From: Stegostoma tigrinum
Taxonomy: Eukaryota
Direction: 5' to 3'
Assembly (NCBI RefSeq): GCF_030684315.1
Contig: NC_081379.1
Location: 21,730,637-21,794,636, forward strand
Length of the DNA: 64,000 nucleotides
This document shows, in pieces, positions 50,211 through 62,293 of the stretch. Each line of letters opens with the position of its first letter. The first letter of the stretch is position 1. The notes under the pieces are model-generated. The model ran no database searches and was not told the origin of the DNA. It saw only the letters and a list, made by a program, of their open reading frames with translations. Position numbers and translations under genes: made by a program.

Positions 50211-50719
50211 GAACAGTTCTGTTTATAACCTCATGTTATTTGAAGGGAATTAGTGCAAGGTCTCTGTAATTTAGGTTAAAAGAGAAATGCAAAAATGAAC
50301 TGAGGGAAGAATGCGAAGAGACCCGGCATAAGTTGACAAAGGAAAAGGAAAGTAGTGGTATCAGTGTTTGATACCCACTGACCGGGACGCCTCAACATGG
50401 TCCAACACAGGATCAAACGTCATGATCAGAGCAACCAATTTACCCCCATTTGTCTGAGAGCAGAATTAAAGCAATAACGTTGTCAAAAGTGGTACACAGA
50501 AGTTGTTAGCTTGGATGTAGCAGTATACATTGTCTTAATTTGTTGACTGTACAAGTCAAGAAACACTGATACCACTGCTTTCCTTTTCCTTTGTCAACTT
50601 ATGCTGGGGCTCTTCTCATTGTTCCCTCAGTTCATTTTTGCATTTCTCTTTTAACTTAAATTACAGAGACCTTGCACTAATTCCCTTCAAATAACATGGA
50701 GTTGTAAACAGAACTGTTC
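50211..50719. repeat. Inverted duplication: 159-bp arms (50211-50369 / 50561-50719) around a 191-bp spacer
   Basis: gaacagttctgtttataacc...ggtatcagtgttt is the near-exact reverse complement of aaacactgatacc...gtaaacagaactgttc. Confidence 0.95.
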
Positions 50720-50811
50720 ATTTAAATTCTCAATAAGTGCCCAGACACCATGTCACCCTTAGAGTTGGGATAATTAGAACTGGGAATCACAAAGTGACAT
50801 TATATGATGGT

Positions 50812-51978
50812 AGATAATAAAATGTGAGGCTGGATGAACACAGCAGGCCAAGCAGCATCTCAGGAGCACAAAAGCTGAGGTTTCGGGCCTAGACCCTTCA
50901 TCAGAGAGGGGGATGGGGAGAGGGAACTGGAATAAATAGGGAGAGAGGGGGAGGCGGACCGAAGATGGAGAGTAAAGAAGATAGGTGGAGAGAGTATAGG
51001 TGGGGAGTTAGGGAGGGGATAGGTCAGTCCAGGGAAGACGGACAGGTCAAGGAGGTGGGATGAGGTTAGTAGGTAGATGGGGGTGCGGCTTGGGGTGGGA
51101 GGAAGGGATGGGTGAGAGGAAGAACCGGTTAGGGAGGCAGAGACAGGTTGGACTGGTTTTGGGATGCAGTGGGTGGGGGGGAAGAGCTGGGCTGGTTGTG
51201 CGGTGCAGTGGGGGGAGGGGACGAACTGGGCTGGTTTAGGGATGCAGTAGGGGAAGGGGAGATTTTGAAACTGGTGAAGTCCACATTGATACCATATGGC
51301 TGCAGGGTTCCCAGGCAGAACATGAGTTGCTGTTCCTGCAACCTTCGGGTGGCATCATTGTGGCACTGCAGGAGGCCCATGATGGACATGTCATCTGGAG
51401 AATGGGAGGGGGAGTGGAAATGGTTTGCGACTGGGAGGTGCAGTTGTTTGTTGCGAACTGAGCGGAGGTGTTCTGCAAAGCGGTCCCCAAGCCTTCGCTT
51501 GGTTTTCCCAATGTAGAGGAAGCCGCACCGGGTACAGTGGATGCAGTATACCACATTGGCAGATGTGCAGGTGAACCTCTGCTTAATGTGGAATGTCATC
51601 TTGGGGCCTGGGATAGGGGTGAGGGAGGAGGTGTGGGGACAAGTGTAGCATTTCCTGCGGTTGCAGGGGAAGGTGCCGGGTGTGGTGGGGCTGGAGGGCA
51701 GTGTGGAGCGAACAAGGGAGTCACGGAGAGAGTGGTCTCTCCGGAAAGCAGACAGGGGTGGGGATGTAAAAATGTCTTGGGTGGTGGGGTCGGATTGTAA
51801 ATGGCGGAAGTGTCGGAGGATGATGCGTTGTATCCGGAGGTTGGTAGGGTGGTGTGTGAGAACGAGGGGGATCCTCTTAGGGCGGTTGTGGCGGGGGCGG
51901 GGTGTGAGGGATGTGTTGCGGGGAATACGGGAAATACGTCTCCCGTATTCCCCGCAACACATCCCTCACACCCCGCCC
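50812..51978 (-). mobile_element. 5'-truncated Penelope-like retroelement (GIY-YIG endonuclease end plus pLTR)
   Basis: ORF 51129..51962: PLVLTHHP...FRR...CxTC...CTSANVVYCIHCTRCGFLYIGKTKRRLGDRFAEH...NHF...GINVD; pLTR with hammerhead-like motif at ~50877-50905. Confidence 0.93.
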
Positions 51979-53125
51979 ATTCTTAATTCTTAATTTATTA
52001 CTTAAACATGCTGCCGTACTTGTTGGAAGATAAATGTCATAATACTTGAAATCTTTCAGTTGGGATAAGTTAAAATATTTGGTTGCTAGCCAATGACTTT
52101 CAGAGACTATGTTATTGTTTGTGTTTTGGGTTCATTATTATTACAGTCTGCATTTTTCTGTCCAGTTTTCTGTACAGGGAGATGCATGATACAGAATAGT
52201 TGTCAAATGCATTGTTTGAAAGCAATTGCACCTGGTACACCTCTTACAAATTCCCATATGGCAATATTACAAAGACTGCAATTTTGCTGGGACTGTCAGT
52301 TGATCAAGCCAGTTGTACAGAGTCCCATCTTTCTGGCCAAACTATTCAACAGTCTGCTCATTGTCAATTCACCATTCAGGTTTTACATTAAGAAATCATA
52401 AAGTAAGTTTTTTTTTCACTAGGTCCCATTCTATCACCTTACAAGATATAGTCCTTCAGGAACATGGCATACAGGCAGTGTCTGTCAGAATATTGTCACT
52501 GTGACATGCTGTTTTATGTAGACAGATTAGTCGTTTATAGTATCATTCTAACAACTTGGTCCAACATCCTTCTTGGATAGCAAATTCAAAACATCAGTCA
52601 CCCTCTACTTCCTTGAAAAAATCAAAAATCAATTCCTCAATCTGTTTTTACTTACTTTCAGCTAGCTGAGCTAAGAACTGTTATGGTTTAAACATTTCAA
52701 AGGTTTTAGTACAAATCGCAGAACATTGCCGTTACTTATTCCCTTAGACAGTAGTCATTTATCATTCAATTTCTCACAAGCAATGCATTTCTAGTTAATA
52801 GAATGCAACATTCCTCATATCTCCTCACATCATCTGGCATGAACTAATCATTTCACTCCTTTTTGTTAACCTCTTTTTTTCTTAACAAAGACAATATATT
52901 TGTAGCGTATTTTCTTATAATGATACAAAACATGACTGTAATGGTTTGTGTTGTAAAATTAACTGGTACTGTTTAAGCTTGATTCTAAACAGTTCAGTGA
53001 TTATATTGCTCAATTATGCATTGTTTATTAATGACTGACTGCAATAATTAAATATCTTTACAGAATTTGTTAACAATATTAACTCACCTGCAAAAACTAC
53101 ATGTGAGTTGTCATAGTTTATTATA

Positions 53126-54063
53126 CAGGGAGTTCTGCTATAATGCCTACTCCACCAACACGAATTATTTATAACACAATTGACGAATAGGGGACCGCTA
53201 TTTCTAAAATGTGAACTTGTGTTGGATATAATGCAATTCCATCGAGTATGTATTGACATCACGGGCTTTGTAAAAGGAAAATTTCCTTTTTTCTGTCCTT
53301 CCAGCTGGTGTAAATGTTCAGATTAATTCACAATGAGTTCATTTGAAAAAGGTAATTGGATTGTATGTCATAAACATTAAATATAATATCACACAGAGAA
53401 CAACCATCTTATTAAGAAAATATGCAAAGTCTTAGTTTGAAGAGTTTATGCTGAACACGTTAAACGTAAAAAAAGAAGCATGATTTAAAATAAAATGAGT
53501 GCTCTTAAAACATGCATCTTTGTATGTAGTATTTTAGCCTAGATTTTATTACATATTTAATATTTAAGAACATTTGAATTTGTTCATGTAAATCATTTAT
53601 ACCAAAAGTTGTCCATGCTACAACCTGCTCTTTTCCAGCACTATTTTGAATACAATGTTATAGGTTTATAATGCATTTTAATCCTACAATTAATTTCAAT
53701 GTCAGTGGGCTATATGGAAAAGAAAGGTCAGATTCACTGCTTCACTTATCTGAAAATCTATACAGAAGTCTGTGCCAATGGAACGTCAATTCAGATCAGC
53801 AATAGTCTAAGCTGTGATGCAGGCTATGTTGCAGGTGAATAGATTTTATTTGATTGTTAGTGTCAAGGCTCACACAAATGATAGGCATGGTGCCAATACT
53901 TATCGGAGAGTGGTGAGAAAGAATGTTGAGTGATTGAGTGATATTTTTGGTGGTCTGGCCCCAACTCCACTTTTTCCATAGGCCCTGTTATATCTATAGT
54001 GCAATTTTCTATGAGGCAACGTTATCCTGGAACACAACTATTGTGTCATAGCAGAACACCCTG
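53126..54063 (+). mobile_element. Non-autonomous Tigger-type element (same family as 36581-37916) with TA TSDs
   Basis: TA|CAGGGAGTTCTGCTAT ... ATAGCAGAACACCCTG|TA; both ends align with the other copy; the interior carries no transposase. Confidence 0.85.
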
Positions 54064-54244
54064 TACTTCAATCACTTAACAGATTAAGCATTTTATTGGG
54101 GTACAAATATTCAATGACCTAAATTATTCTGATCTTGCTTCTCTGATTTTTCAAGTTTCCTAGTTCAATTTCTGACAAATAAATTAGAAGTACTTTCTAT
54201 CCCCTATTTTACCCGAACCACGACAGTGTAACCTACTTCGTACT

Positions 54245-54430
54245 ACATAGAACATAGAACAATACAGCGCAGAACAGGCCCTTCGACCTTCGATGTTGCA
54301 CCAACCTGTGAACTAATCTAAGCCCCTCCCCCTACACTATCCCATCATTATCTGTATGCTTATCCAAGGACTGTTTAAATGCCCCTAATGTGGTTGAGTT
54401 AACTACATTGGCAGGCAGGGCGTTCCACTG
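54245..54430 (-). mobile_element. CR1 3' tail fragment
   Basis: (catagaa)2 tandem tail, aacaggcccttcgaccttcgatgttg; same family as 6143-6290. Confidence 0.75.
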
Positions 54431-55399
54431 AAAATCGAAACTATTTGTTGAACTTGTATATCATTAGATAGTCACTCATTGATTAATTTGATTTGGTGAA
54501 TTTACTGTCGAAGACACCTAGAAATGGCCATGGCAACATGATTTACCTAAGAGCGGCTAAATAAGGAGCATTCTTCCAAAACTCCATCCATTTAGGGAGA
54601 GCACGCAGATTCTAGATTTAGCACAACTATACACTGTGGCTTGTGAGTAAAGCCACCAGCCTGTTTTGCGGTGTGCACTGTGCTGGGTCATCAGTAGGAA
54701 TGGCAGTAAAATCTTGGTGGTGCCTTCAGTGGGAGGAAAGAAGTGACCATTGCAACAGGGCAAGCATCAAGAGAAACATCAGCTTCCATTAGGTGTCTGC
54801 AAGGGCTTCTGCTGACTGCAATTGAATCCTCTTTGTGAATTACTGTCAGCAAGTAAATTTAAGCCCTGAACTGAAAGTTAGTTAGGAATTCTGTGAAGGT
54901 GTCTCCAATCTAGTGTCAAGCCCTTGCACCATTTGCAAAATTGTAGATGTGGCAAAATATCTCTCGGTTTGCTGCTGAAAGAACTTCATTGAGTGACTAT
55001 AGTTTTACATTGCCATTTATCCTGAGATGTCATCTCCAGAGTTTTCATGCACAGGTAATACAATATCACTCAATTAGCAGGCCACACTCCTGTGAGAAAC
55101 TTCTGATTTGTACAGTCTCAAATCCAACTCCTGCCTCTGTGCCAAAACCATTCTCAAATCTCAGAGATTTGTTCTTATCCCTTGACTTCTGTGATCACTG
55201 TCAAGTTTTTCTTTCGTATTCATAAGAATTCTCTTAATATTTGTAAAACATCAGCAAGGAATTTCCCCTGAGTTTAAAATGAATCCATTAACTTCCCTTT
55301 ACTCATTTATGTTATATAAGACAGTCATTGTTGGTTTGTCAGTAACCGGTGAATTTTATAGTTTTACTGCAAAATATAGAATTGCTCAGTCATGACATG

Positions 55400-56785
55400 T
55401 CTTGCATTTTCTGGACAAATCCAACCTGGTTAATTACCACCCTATCAATCTACTGACAATCATTCATCAGCAAAAAATGTGGGATGGGCTTGTGTTAATA
55501 ACAGTGCTGTTAAGTGGTATCTACTCATTAATAACTAACTCACCAATGATCAGTTTGGGTTCTGCCAGGGCCACTTGTCTCCAGACATCAAAATTGTCTG
55601 GGTTCGAACATGGATGAAAGTGCTGAATCAGCAGGTGAGTTAACAATGATGGCCTTGATATTTTGTTATAATGTGGTGTCGAGGACCCCAAATAAATTTG
55701 GAATCAGTGATAATTGGAGGATGGTTTTCTATCAACTGTGTCTTAGCAGCACAAAGGAAGATGGCTGTGCGTATTGGAGGCCAATCGTCTCAAGTCCAGG
55801 ACATTGTTGAAGGAGTTCTTTAGTGTAGATATCAACCTGCCAGAGATGTTCATCTCAAGGTAGAGACACTACCACTGTGCCACAATTGCCCTGTGTTCTT
55901 TAGTGTGATGTTCTGGGCCAACGCATCTTCAGCTGCTCATTGACCTTACCTTCAACATAAGGTCTGAAGGGGGCCAATTCATTGATGACTACACAATATT
56001 CAATACCATTTGACCTAGCCAACATAGGATTGGGCCAATCAATGTTATTTAGCGGTCATACTACACAGTACCTAGCAATAACCATTTTTGGCAAGAGAGA
56101 GAATCTCAACACCAACCTGTGAAATCAGCATTTTTATTGTGGCTAATGCCCCAACACTAACATACTGGGGAATACCATTGACCAGAAGTTGAACTGAATC
56201 ATCCACAAAATGTACCATGGATAGAAGAGGAGATTAGAGGCTGCATAAATCTGACTTCCCAAGGCCTAATTCCATAAGGCTCAGGTAGGAATTATCTCCA
56301 TTTGCCTGATCTGACAAATCTGAGAAAGGTAGATAACATCAAGGATAAAGCAGTCTGTTTACTGTGCACAGTCTATCATCTTAAACATTGACTCTCTCTA
56401 CAACTGGAGCATAGAGACAACAGTATGTACCATCTACAAGATGTCCTGCAGCAGATCATAAAGGCTTCTTCAGAAGCACCTCCCAAACCCACAACCTCAA
56501 CGAACTGGAAGGACAGGGCAGCAGTCTGATGACAACACCATTAGCTGCAAGATCCCCTCCAAGTTACAAAGCATCCTGACTTGGAAATATATCACCATTC
56601 CCTCATTGTAGATGTGTCAAAATCCTGGACCTCCAACTCGAACTGTGCTGTGCAAGTAGCTTTACCACAAAGCTGGAAAGTTTCAGGGAAGTGGTTCAAC
56701 ATCATTTCCTGCAGGGTAATTAAAGTTGCAGAAAGAATGTTGACCTCTCAGTAACATGCACACTCCAAGCATGAATGAATAAAAA
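55400..56785 (+). mobile_element. Degenerate LINE (RT plus 3'UTR)
   Basis: DKSNLVNYHPINLL.II (RT domain 0/1), QFGF, later CTIYKM.CS and tail atgaatgaataaaa. Confidence 0.8.
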
Positions 56786-56839
56786 TAATATTTTCAAGAA
56801 CACTGTCTTTTGTGGTGAAGTGATTAGTTCAACATAAGC

Positions 56840-57210
56840 ACTTATCAGAGATTCTGTGATGCAATGAATACTTCCTCTGCCTCTCAACCTGAAGCTTTGG
56901 ATTCAAATCCCCCTCCAAGACTTGAGCCAAGGAAGGTATGTTCATCACAAATTGAAGGTCAATTTGTAAATCCTTCCAACATGTGGCAAGTGTGGGGGAT
57001 GTTTCTCGCCATCCATGTGATAGAAAAGTTGAAACCTCTTTCATCAATATCTCTAGCTTGGGAAGAGAACATGAATGTAATATTGTATTTTGCCATAGGA
57101 GCTCAGACTTCTTGGGGGGGTGTTAGTAACAACAGATTGGTGCCAACAGCACAGAACACATTCCCTGTTCTGCCTGGGGTGGATTCAGGATCTCTTTCTT
57201 TGCCCTAGCC
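56840..57210 (+). mobile_element. Old SINE-like repeat
   Basis: tRNA-like 5' end (ctgcctctcaacctgaagctttggattcaaatccc). Confidence 0.4.
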
Positions 57211-59769
57211 CTGCTAGAGATCATAGGTTAGATCTGCCTTTTGGCAGAGAACTCAAACAGAAGAAAATAAATACCTATATTAATACCATAACATATAGCC
57301 TTGACCAAAACTTATTCCTTGTGATAATGATTTTTACCATGGTTTTCAATCCCTATTTCCCATTCAATTTTGCTACATTAATTTTTATGATAGAGTTGCA
57401 GGCCTTGTCGCTTGTTGGCAGTTTGAAGTGGGCTCCTGAATTCTCTTTGTCAACTCCATTTTGCTTTTATGTGTAAAGAATATACATATTTATTAACTGA
57501 GGATAAAATGGTCAAACGATATTTTCAGAAATATCTAAAATTGGCAATGTTAAAAATTAGGTTTATTGAAATTTTAAAAGCACCTGACTCCCTTTTCACT
57601 ATTTTAGTTTTATAATTGATTCTAATGTGTAACAATTATTCTCCAATTATCTTACTGAAAATGTATTATGGGTTAGGAACAGGATAATGCCATTTTTCCT
57701 CTCGAATCTCTTCCACTCAACAAGATCCTGGCTGATCTGGGATCTCACTTAATAACTTTGTAATAAGATATCGAATCTATCAACCTCACATTTAAACTTT
57801 ACAACTGCTGTAATATCAATTGTTTTTGCAAAAGAGAGTCCCAAGCTTCCCTTTGCATAGAAACAGTTTCCTAAGTTCAGTCCTGAAGGTTTGGCAGAAA
57901 TGATGTCCCCTTTTCCTGAAAGAGTGGAACTAATAGGAATATCTTCTCCATCTATCCTAGCAGTTCCCCTTAATATGTTGAAAGCTCAGAACAAGTCACC
58001 CTTTAATCCTCTAAATTCACAGGAAGACAACTCTGTGTATTTGTAATCCCTTCTTCTAAGTTAACATTTTGAATGAAGGGATCGTTCTGTGAAAGCTGGG
58101 CTGTACAACCACCACTGCCAATATATGAGAGCCAAATGCAACCATAACTAACACACGAGATCAGCTCTGTTATTGAAATCATCTGTTTATTTTTAATAAA
58201 CCTTTGTTTCAGAATTAAGTCCCTGCGCAGTGGAAGCTGGATCTGTATGTGCAGCACAGGATTGCAACCTGATAAGTAAGAGCTTTATTAACTTGGTGTT
58301 TATTTTTCTGACATAGGCTTGAACCCTTTCATTACAGCCCAATGTGATTTAAATGAATCCAGCACATTTAAGGTAAGAATTATCAGTAAAACGTAAACAC
58401 GTTATTCCTGTTGGAATGTTAGCTAATTAGTAGGCATATTACATTTCGCTAATAAACATAAAATAGAATTGCTAAAATGCGAGGCAAAGCTGCTAATCTT
58501 GGTAATCACTGCGGGTGATTATGTAATCCTTCCTTTGAAATGAACAATCTGAGTGAAGGTATCAGTTAGTCTGTTAAAGGGTCACTGGACTGAAAATATT
58601 GGCCCTGTTTTTCTCTCCACAGATGCTGCCAATCCTGCTGAGTTTCTCCAGCACTTACTGTGTTTGTTTCAAAATATGTAATCTTGTGTGCTGATAGGCT
58701 TTTATTTCAATTAGATTCTATTCATGCTATTTTGAGAAATAATTTTGCTCGAGGATGATTTTTCAGGATTCAGACAAAATTGTAAACATGTAAATTCAAT
58801 GCTGTACACATACTGTGATTATTTTGGGGGCAACTTGTTTTGGATTTTAATTGTTAGAGTTTGTAGCCTATTGAGAATTTATGTGCCTCTTTTTCTAAAA
58901 GTTTTGTATTGCACCTCAATAACGCTCACGAGCAATGAAATATTCTTTACAGCTAGGCACAGCAGCTTATTTCATTTTACTCTCAATGAGAATCAAACAG
59001 ACTATTTTGAGTTTTCAAGATGCCTGCTTTACTGAATTATACTTATCATTCCACTGAATGGTTTAAATTTTAAATCTTGGTCAATTGAGATGTAGAAAAA
59101 CTGGCAAATCAATCACTGATGATGATAAGGCTGATTGACAAAGGTAACTGAAAAGACCTGGGATCCTACGTTTTTATAATAGTGGTCTGAGGCAGAGCTT
59201 TCTCTTCCCTAGGTGTATCAGCCAGTTCGGAAAAGGTGGATAATCCTGGGAAAAAGGAATTTTGAAGAACATTTTAAAAATCCTGGTTTGGCTTCAACTG
59301 GAGTATTGTATTTAATTTTGGGGACCAGACTGCATTTTTGGAAGGATATGAAGACTCCTGAAAGGGTGTAGAAAAATGATTTCAAGAATGGTTAGTGGAT
59401 TTCTTCGTTTAGATAGATTAGAGAAGCTCAGAATTTTTTTTGGTATGATGAGATACGTGTAAATAATCACGTGCCCATCATCATTTCTTTCTCAACCACA
59501 GACACTGTTGAAGAAACTTAGCAGGTTTGGAAGCCTCTGTGGAGAGACAAACAGTTAATATTTTGAGTCCAGTATGAGTTATTGAGTTTCTGCAGCAATT
59601 TTCTGTACTTGTTTCAGATTTCCAGCAGCCTTCATATTTTGCTTTTAGCATTTCTTTCTCAATGTTCTCCTCTTTTCTTCATTTTCTATCCTTTTTATTA
59701 TCTCTAAATCATTGATTTTTGCTTGGCTATATTTTAATCGTACCAGCAGTGACTCAGACAATCATGTGT

Positions 59770-60070
59770 AAAATGTTATTCTTCATCGATGAGCCTAGAC
59801 AGCGAGTGTTAGCGGGACATTCAGTGGTGGCCAGCATCACAGCTATTCCTAATCTGTCCTCATCAAATGTGCGCACATGTGGTAGGAATTGAAGGGTAGC
59901 TATTATGATGAGGAATCCTGGCTGAAATTTCCTTTCTGTAGGTTAGTGGGCCTGAGGCCAATTACAGAATACAAACTGTAGCCCTGGTTGAGATTAACTA
60001 ACTCGGCACAGACCAAGAATTGACTGGAGGGCTTTCATGTCTGAATAGTTTGTTCTAACAGTAGACAGTG
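59770..60070 (-). mobile_element. Old tRNA-derived SINE
   Basis: Reverse strand reads ccagtcaattcttggtctgtgccgagttagttaatctc...aattggcctcagg...cagccagga..., a SINE-like body; recognised by pattern only. Confidence 0.45.
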
Positions 60071-60199
60071 AGCCATAATACAATAAATGACAGTTTTACT
60101 GAACACCAGCTTATCAGGTAATGGAAATTTTCTGTGCTATTCTTTGGCTTGCGTAATTAATACAGCATAGTGCATGTTTATCCGCTTATTACTGATCAT

Positions 60200-60412
60200 T
60201 GTCAGAAATCACATGACACCAAGTTATAGTCCAACAGATTTATTTAGAAACACAAGCTTTCAGAGCCTCAGTCCTTCTTCAGGTGGCACGAACACCTGAA
60301 GAAAGACTGAGGCTCTCAAAGCCTATGTTTTCAAATAAACCTGTTGGACTATGACCTGGTGTCATGTGATTTCTAACTTTGTCCACCCGAGCCCAACACC
60401 GGCGCCTCCACA
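60200..60412. mobile_element. Palindromic non-autonomous Penelope-type pLTR element (82-bp arms, 7-nt loop) with 14-bp TSD
   Basis: Arms 60204-60285 / 60293-60374; TSD TTATT(A/G)CTGATCAT at 60186-99 and 60413-26; degenerate CTGAAGA...CAAA hammerhead core. Confidence 0.85.
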
Positions 60413-61524
60413 TTATTGCTGATCATGACTGTTTAATATCACAATCACAAGATGGCGCTATAATCAAAACAATAATTTGGACCATTTTGTGCAATGTGAA
60501 GCAGAGTGAGCATTGTAACGTCAGGACTAACCGCCAGACTAATCAGAATCATGTCATTAGATGGATTATTGGTTTTGCCACTTGGGAAATTTATCATTGT
60601 GCTTCCATTGCTTTTGGGAGCGCTGACTTTCTTGCTTATTTAAACTATCATTCAAATATTTGCCAGTAGTTTTCAGCTGGGTTTCCATTGCACACTTCCA
60701 ATGAATGTGGTTCTTGAACATTGGCATAATATTGGGAAAAATATTGCATAAGTGCTTAATTTTTTTTGCTGAATGAACTAAAGCTGTTTAATTCAGATTA
60801 TTGTTAACAGAGTTTATATTTCTCATTGGGGGAAAAACAAATACGTTCAGAATATAAATATATATTCTTGCACAGAGACTCCTGAGACTGCTACCAAAAA
60901 TGAGAGCATTTGAATCTACTTAATCAGGTATCCAACAACAAATCGCCATGCTGTTCTGAACCAGTTTAACTCAGTGTGTCACTGATAACCTACCTTGTTA
61001 ATTCCATTATTGGACAGCAATGTCTTTAGGGCTTTGTTGTTTTCTTGGATAGAATCTTATTTTGCATATCTGTGTCGTTTAATTGATGAGATGTAGTGAC
61101 ATTGTCACTGGATTAGGAATGTAGAGACCCTGGCTAAAGTTCTGGAAAGTGAGTTCAAATCCTACTATTACAGATGACACAATTTGACATCAATTGATAA
61201 ATCTGGAATTATAAAATAGTTTAATGATGACCATTGTGATAATACAATGATGTTAAGAGGTATATTCTATCCTTTTTTTAATTGAAGAAAGGTTTTAAGA
61301 CAGAGGTAGCGAGCTGTCTGTTCCAAGTCAATAAAGTAATCCACTTGTGAGACCCTCGGTTTGAGTTAACTTAGAACAAGAGAAGCAGCATGAATGAGTG
61401 GAGTCAGGAACCCACAGAACGACAGTTTGAGTTTAGTTTTAGTTGTTGGGGTTTTACAGTTGGCTGTGGGAGCAGTTATACATCTCTCTCACCCACAGCA
61501 GAAAGCTGGAATTCTCTCTCTGTC

Positions 61525-62293
61525 TGCATCCACTGTACCCGGTGTGGCTTCCTCTACATTGGGGAAACCAAGCGGAGGCTTGGAGACCGCTTTGCAGAAC
61601 ACCTCCGCTCAGTTCGCAACAAACTATTGCACCTCCCAATCGCAAACCATTTCCACTCCCCCTCCCATTCTTTAGATGACATGTCCATCATGGGCCTCCT
61701 GCAGTGCCACAATGATACCACCCGAAGGTTGCAGGAACAGCAACTCATATTCCGCCTGGGAACCCTGCAGCCTAATGGTATCAATGTGGACTTCACCAGT
61801 TTCAAAATCTCCCCTTCCCCAACTGCATCCCTAAACCAGCCCAGTTCGTCCCCTCCCCCCACTGCACCACACAACCAGCCCAGCTCCTCCACTCCACCCA
61901 CTGCATCCCAAAACCAGTCCAACCTGTCTCCGCCTCCCTAACCTGTTCTTCCTCTCACCCATCCCTTCCTCCCACCCCAAGCCACACCCCCATCGACCTA
62001 CTAACCTCATCCCACCTCCTTGACCTGTCCGTCTTCCCTGGACTGACCTATCCCCTCCCTACCTCCCCACCTATACTCTCTCCACCTATCTTCTTTTCTC
62101 TCCATCTTCGGTCCGCCTCCCCCTCTCTCCCTATTTATTCCAGAACCCTCACCCCATCCCCCTCTCTGATGAAGGGTCTAGGCCCGAAACGTCAGCTTTT
62201 GTGCTCCTGAGATGCTGCTTGGCCTGCTGTGTTCATCCAGCCTCACATTTTGTTGTCTTGGATTCTCCAGCATCTGCAGTTCCCATTATCTCT
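61525..62293 (+). mobile_element. 5'-truncated Penelope-like retroelement, same subfamily as 50812-51978
   Basis: CIHCTRCGFLYIGETKRRLGDRFAEH...LQPNGINVD, then the same Pro/Ser-rich repeat and a pLTR ending ...gcagttcccattatctct. Confidence 0.93.
62160..62200 (+). ncRNA. Minimal type I hammerhead ribozyme motif in Penelope pLTR
   Basis: CTGATGA (62166-72), A, stem II GGGT-ctag-GCCC, GAAAC, GTC cleavage triplet (62191-93); the palindromic ACGT stem III is typical of Penelope-associated hammerheads. Confidence 0.7.

Noticed and set aside
51129-51993. 277-aa ORF and overlapping antisense ORFs as a host gene
   Set aside because: The 277-aa ORF is the Penelope GIY-YIG C-terminus with a start created by the terminal hairpin; the antisense ORFs are by-products of GC-rich TE sequence.
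53081-53125. Perfect minus-strand donor CAG|GTGAGT as an upstream coding exon (SHVVFAG)
   Set aside because: Runs straight into a Tigger TIR with no acceptor or start; the ATG exon at 44127 already has an in-frame upstream stop.
58213-58372. Two-exon plus-strand model with a ~41-nt intron (58276-58316)
   Set aside because: The intron is too short for a vertebrate spliceosome, and read-through hits stops in all frames.
61390-61941. 183-aa ORF as a chimeric gene
   Set aside because: Chance in-frame fusion of flanking repeat DNA with a truncated Penelope endonuclease.
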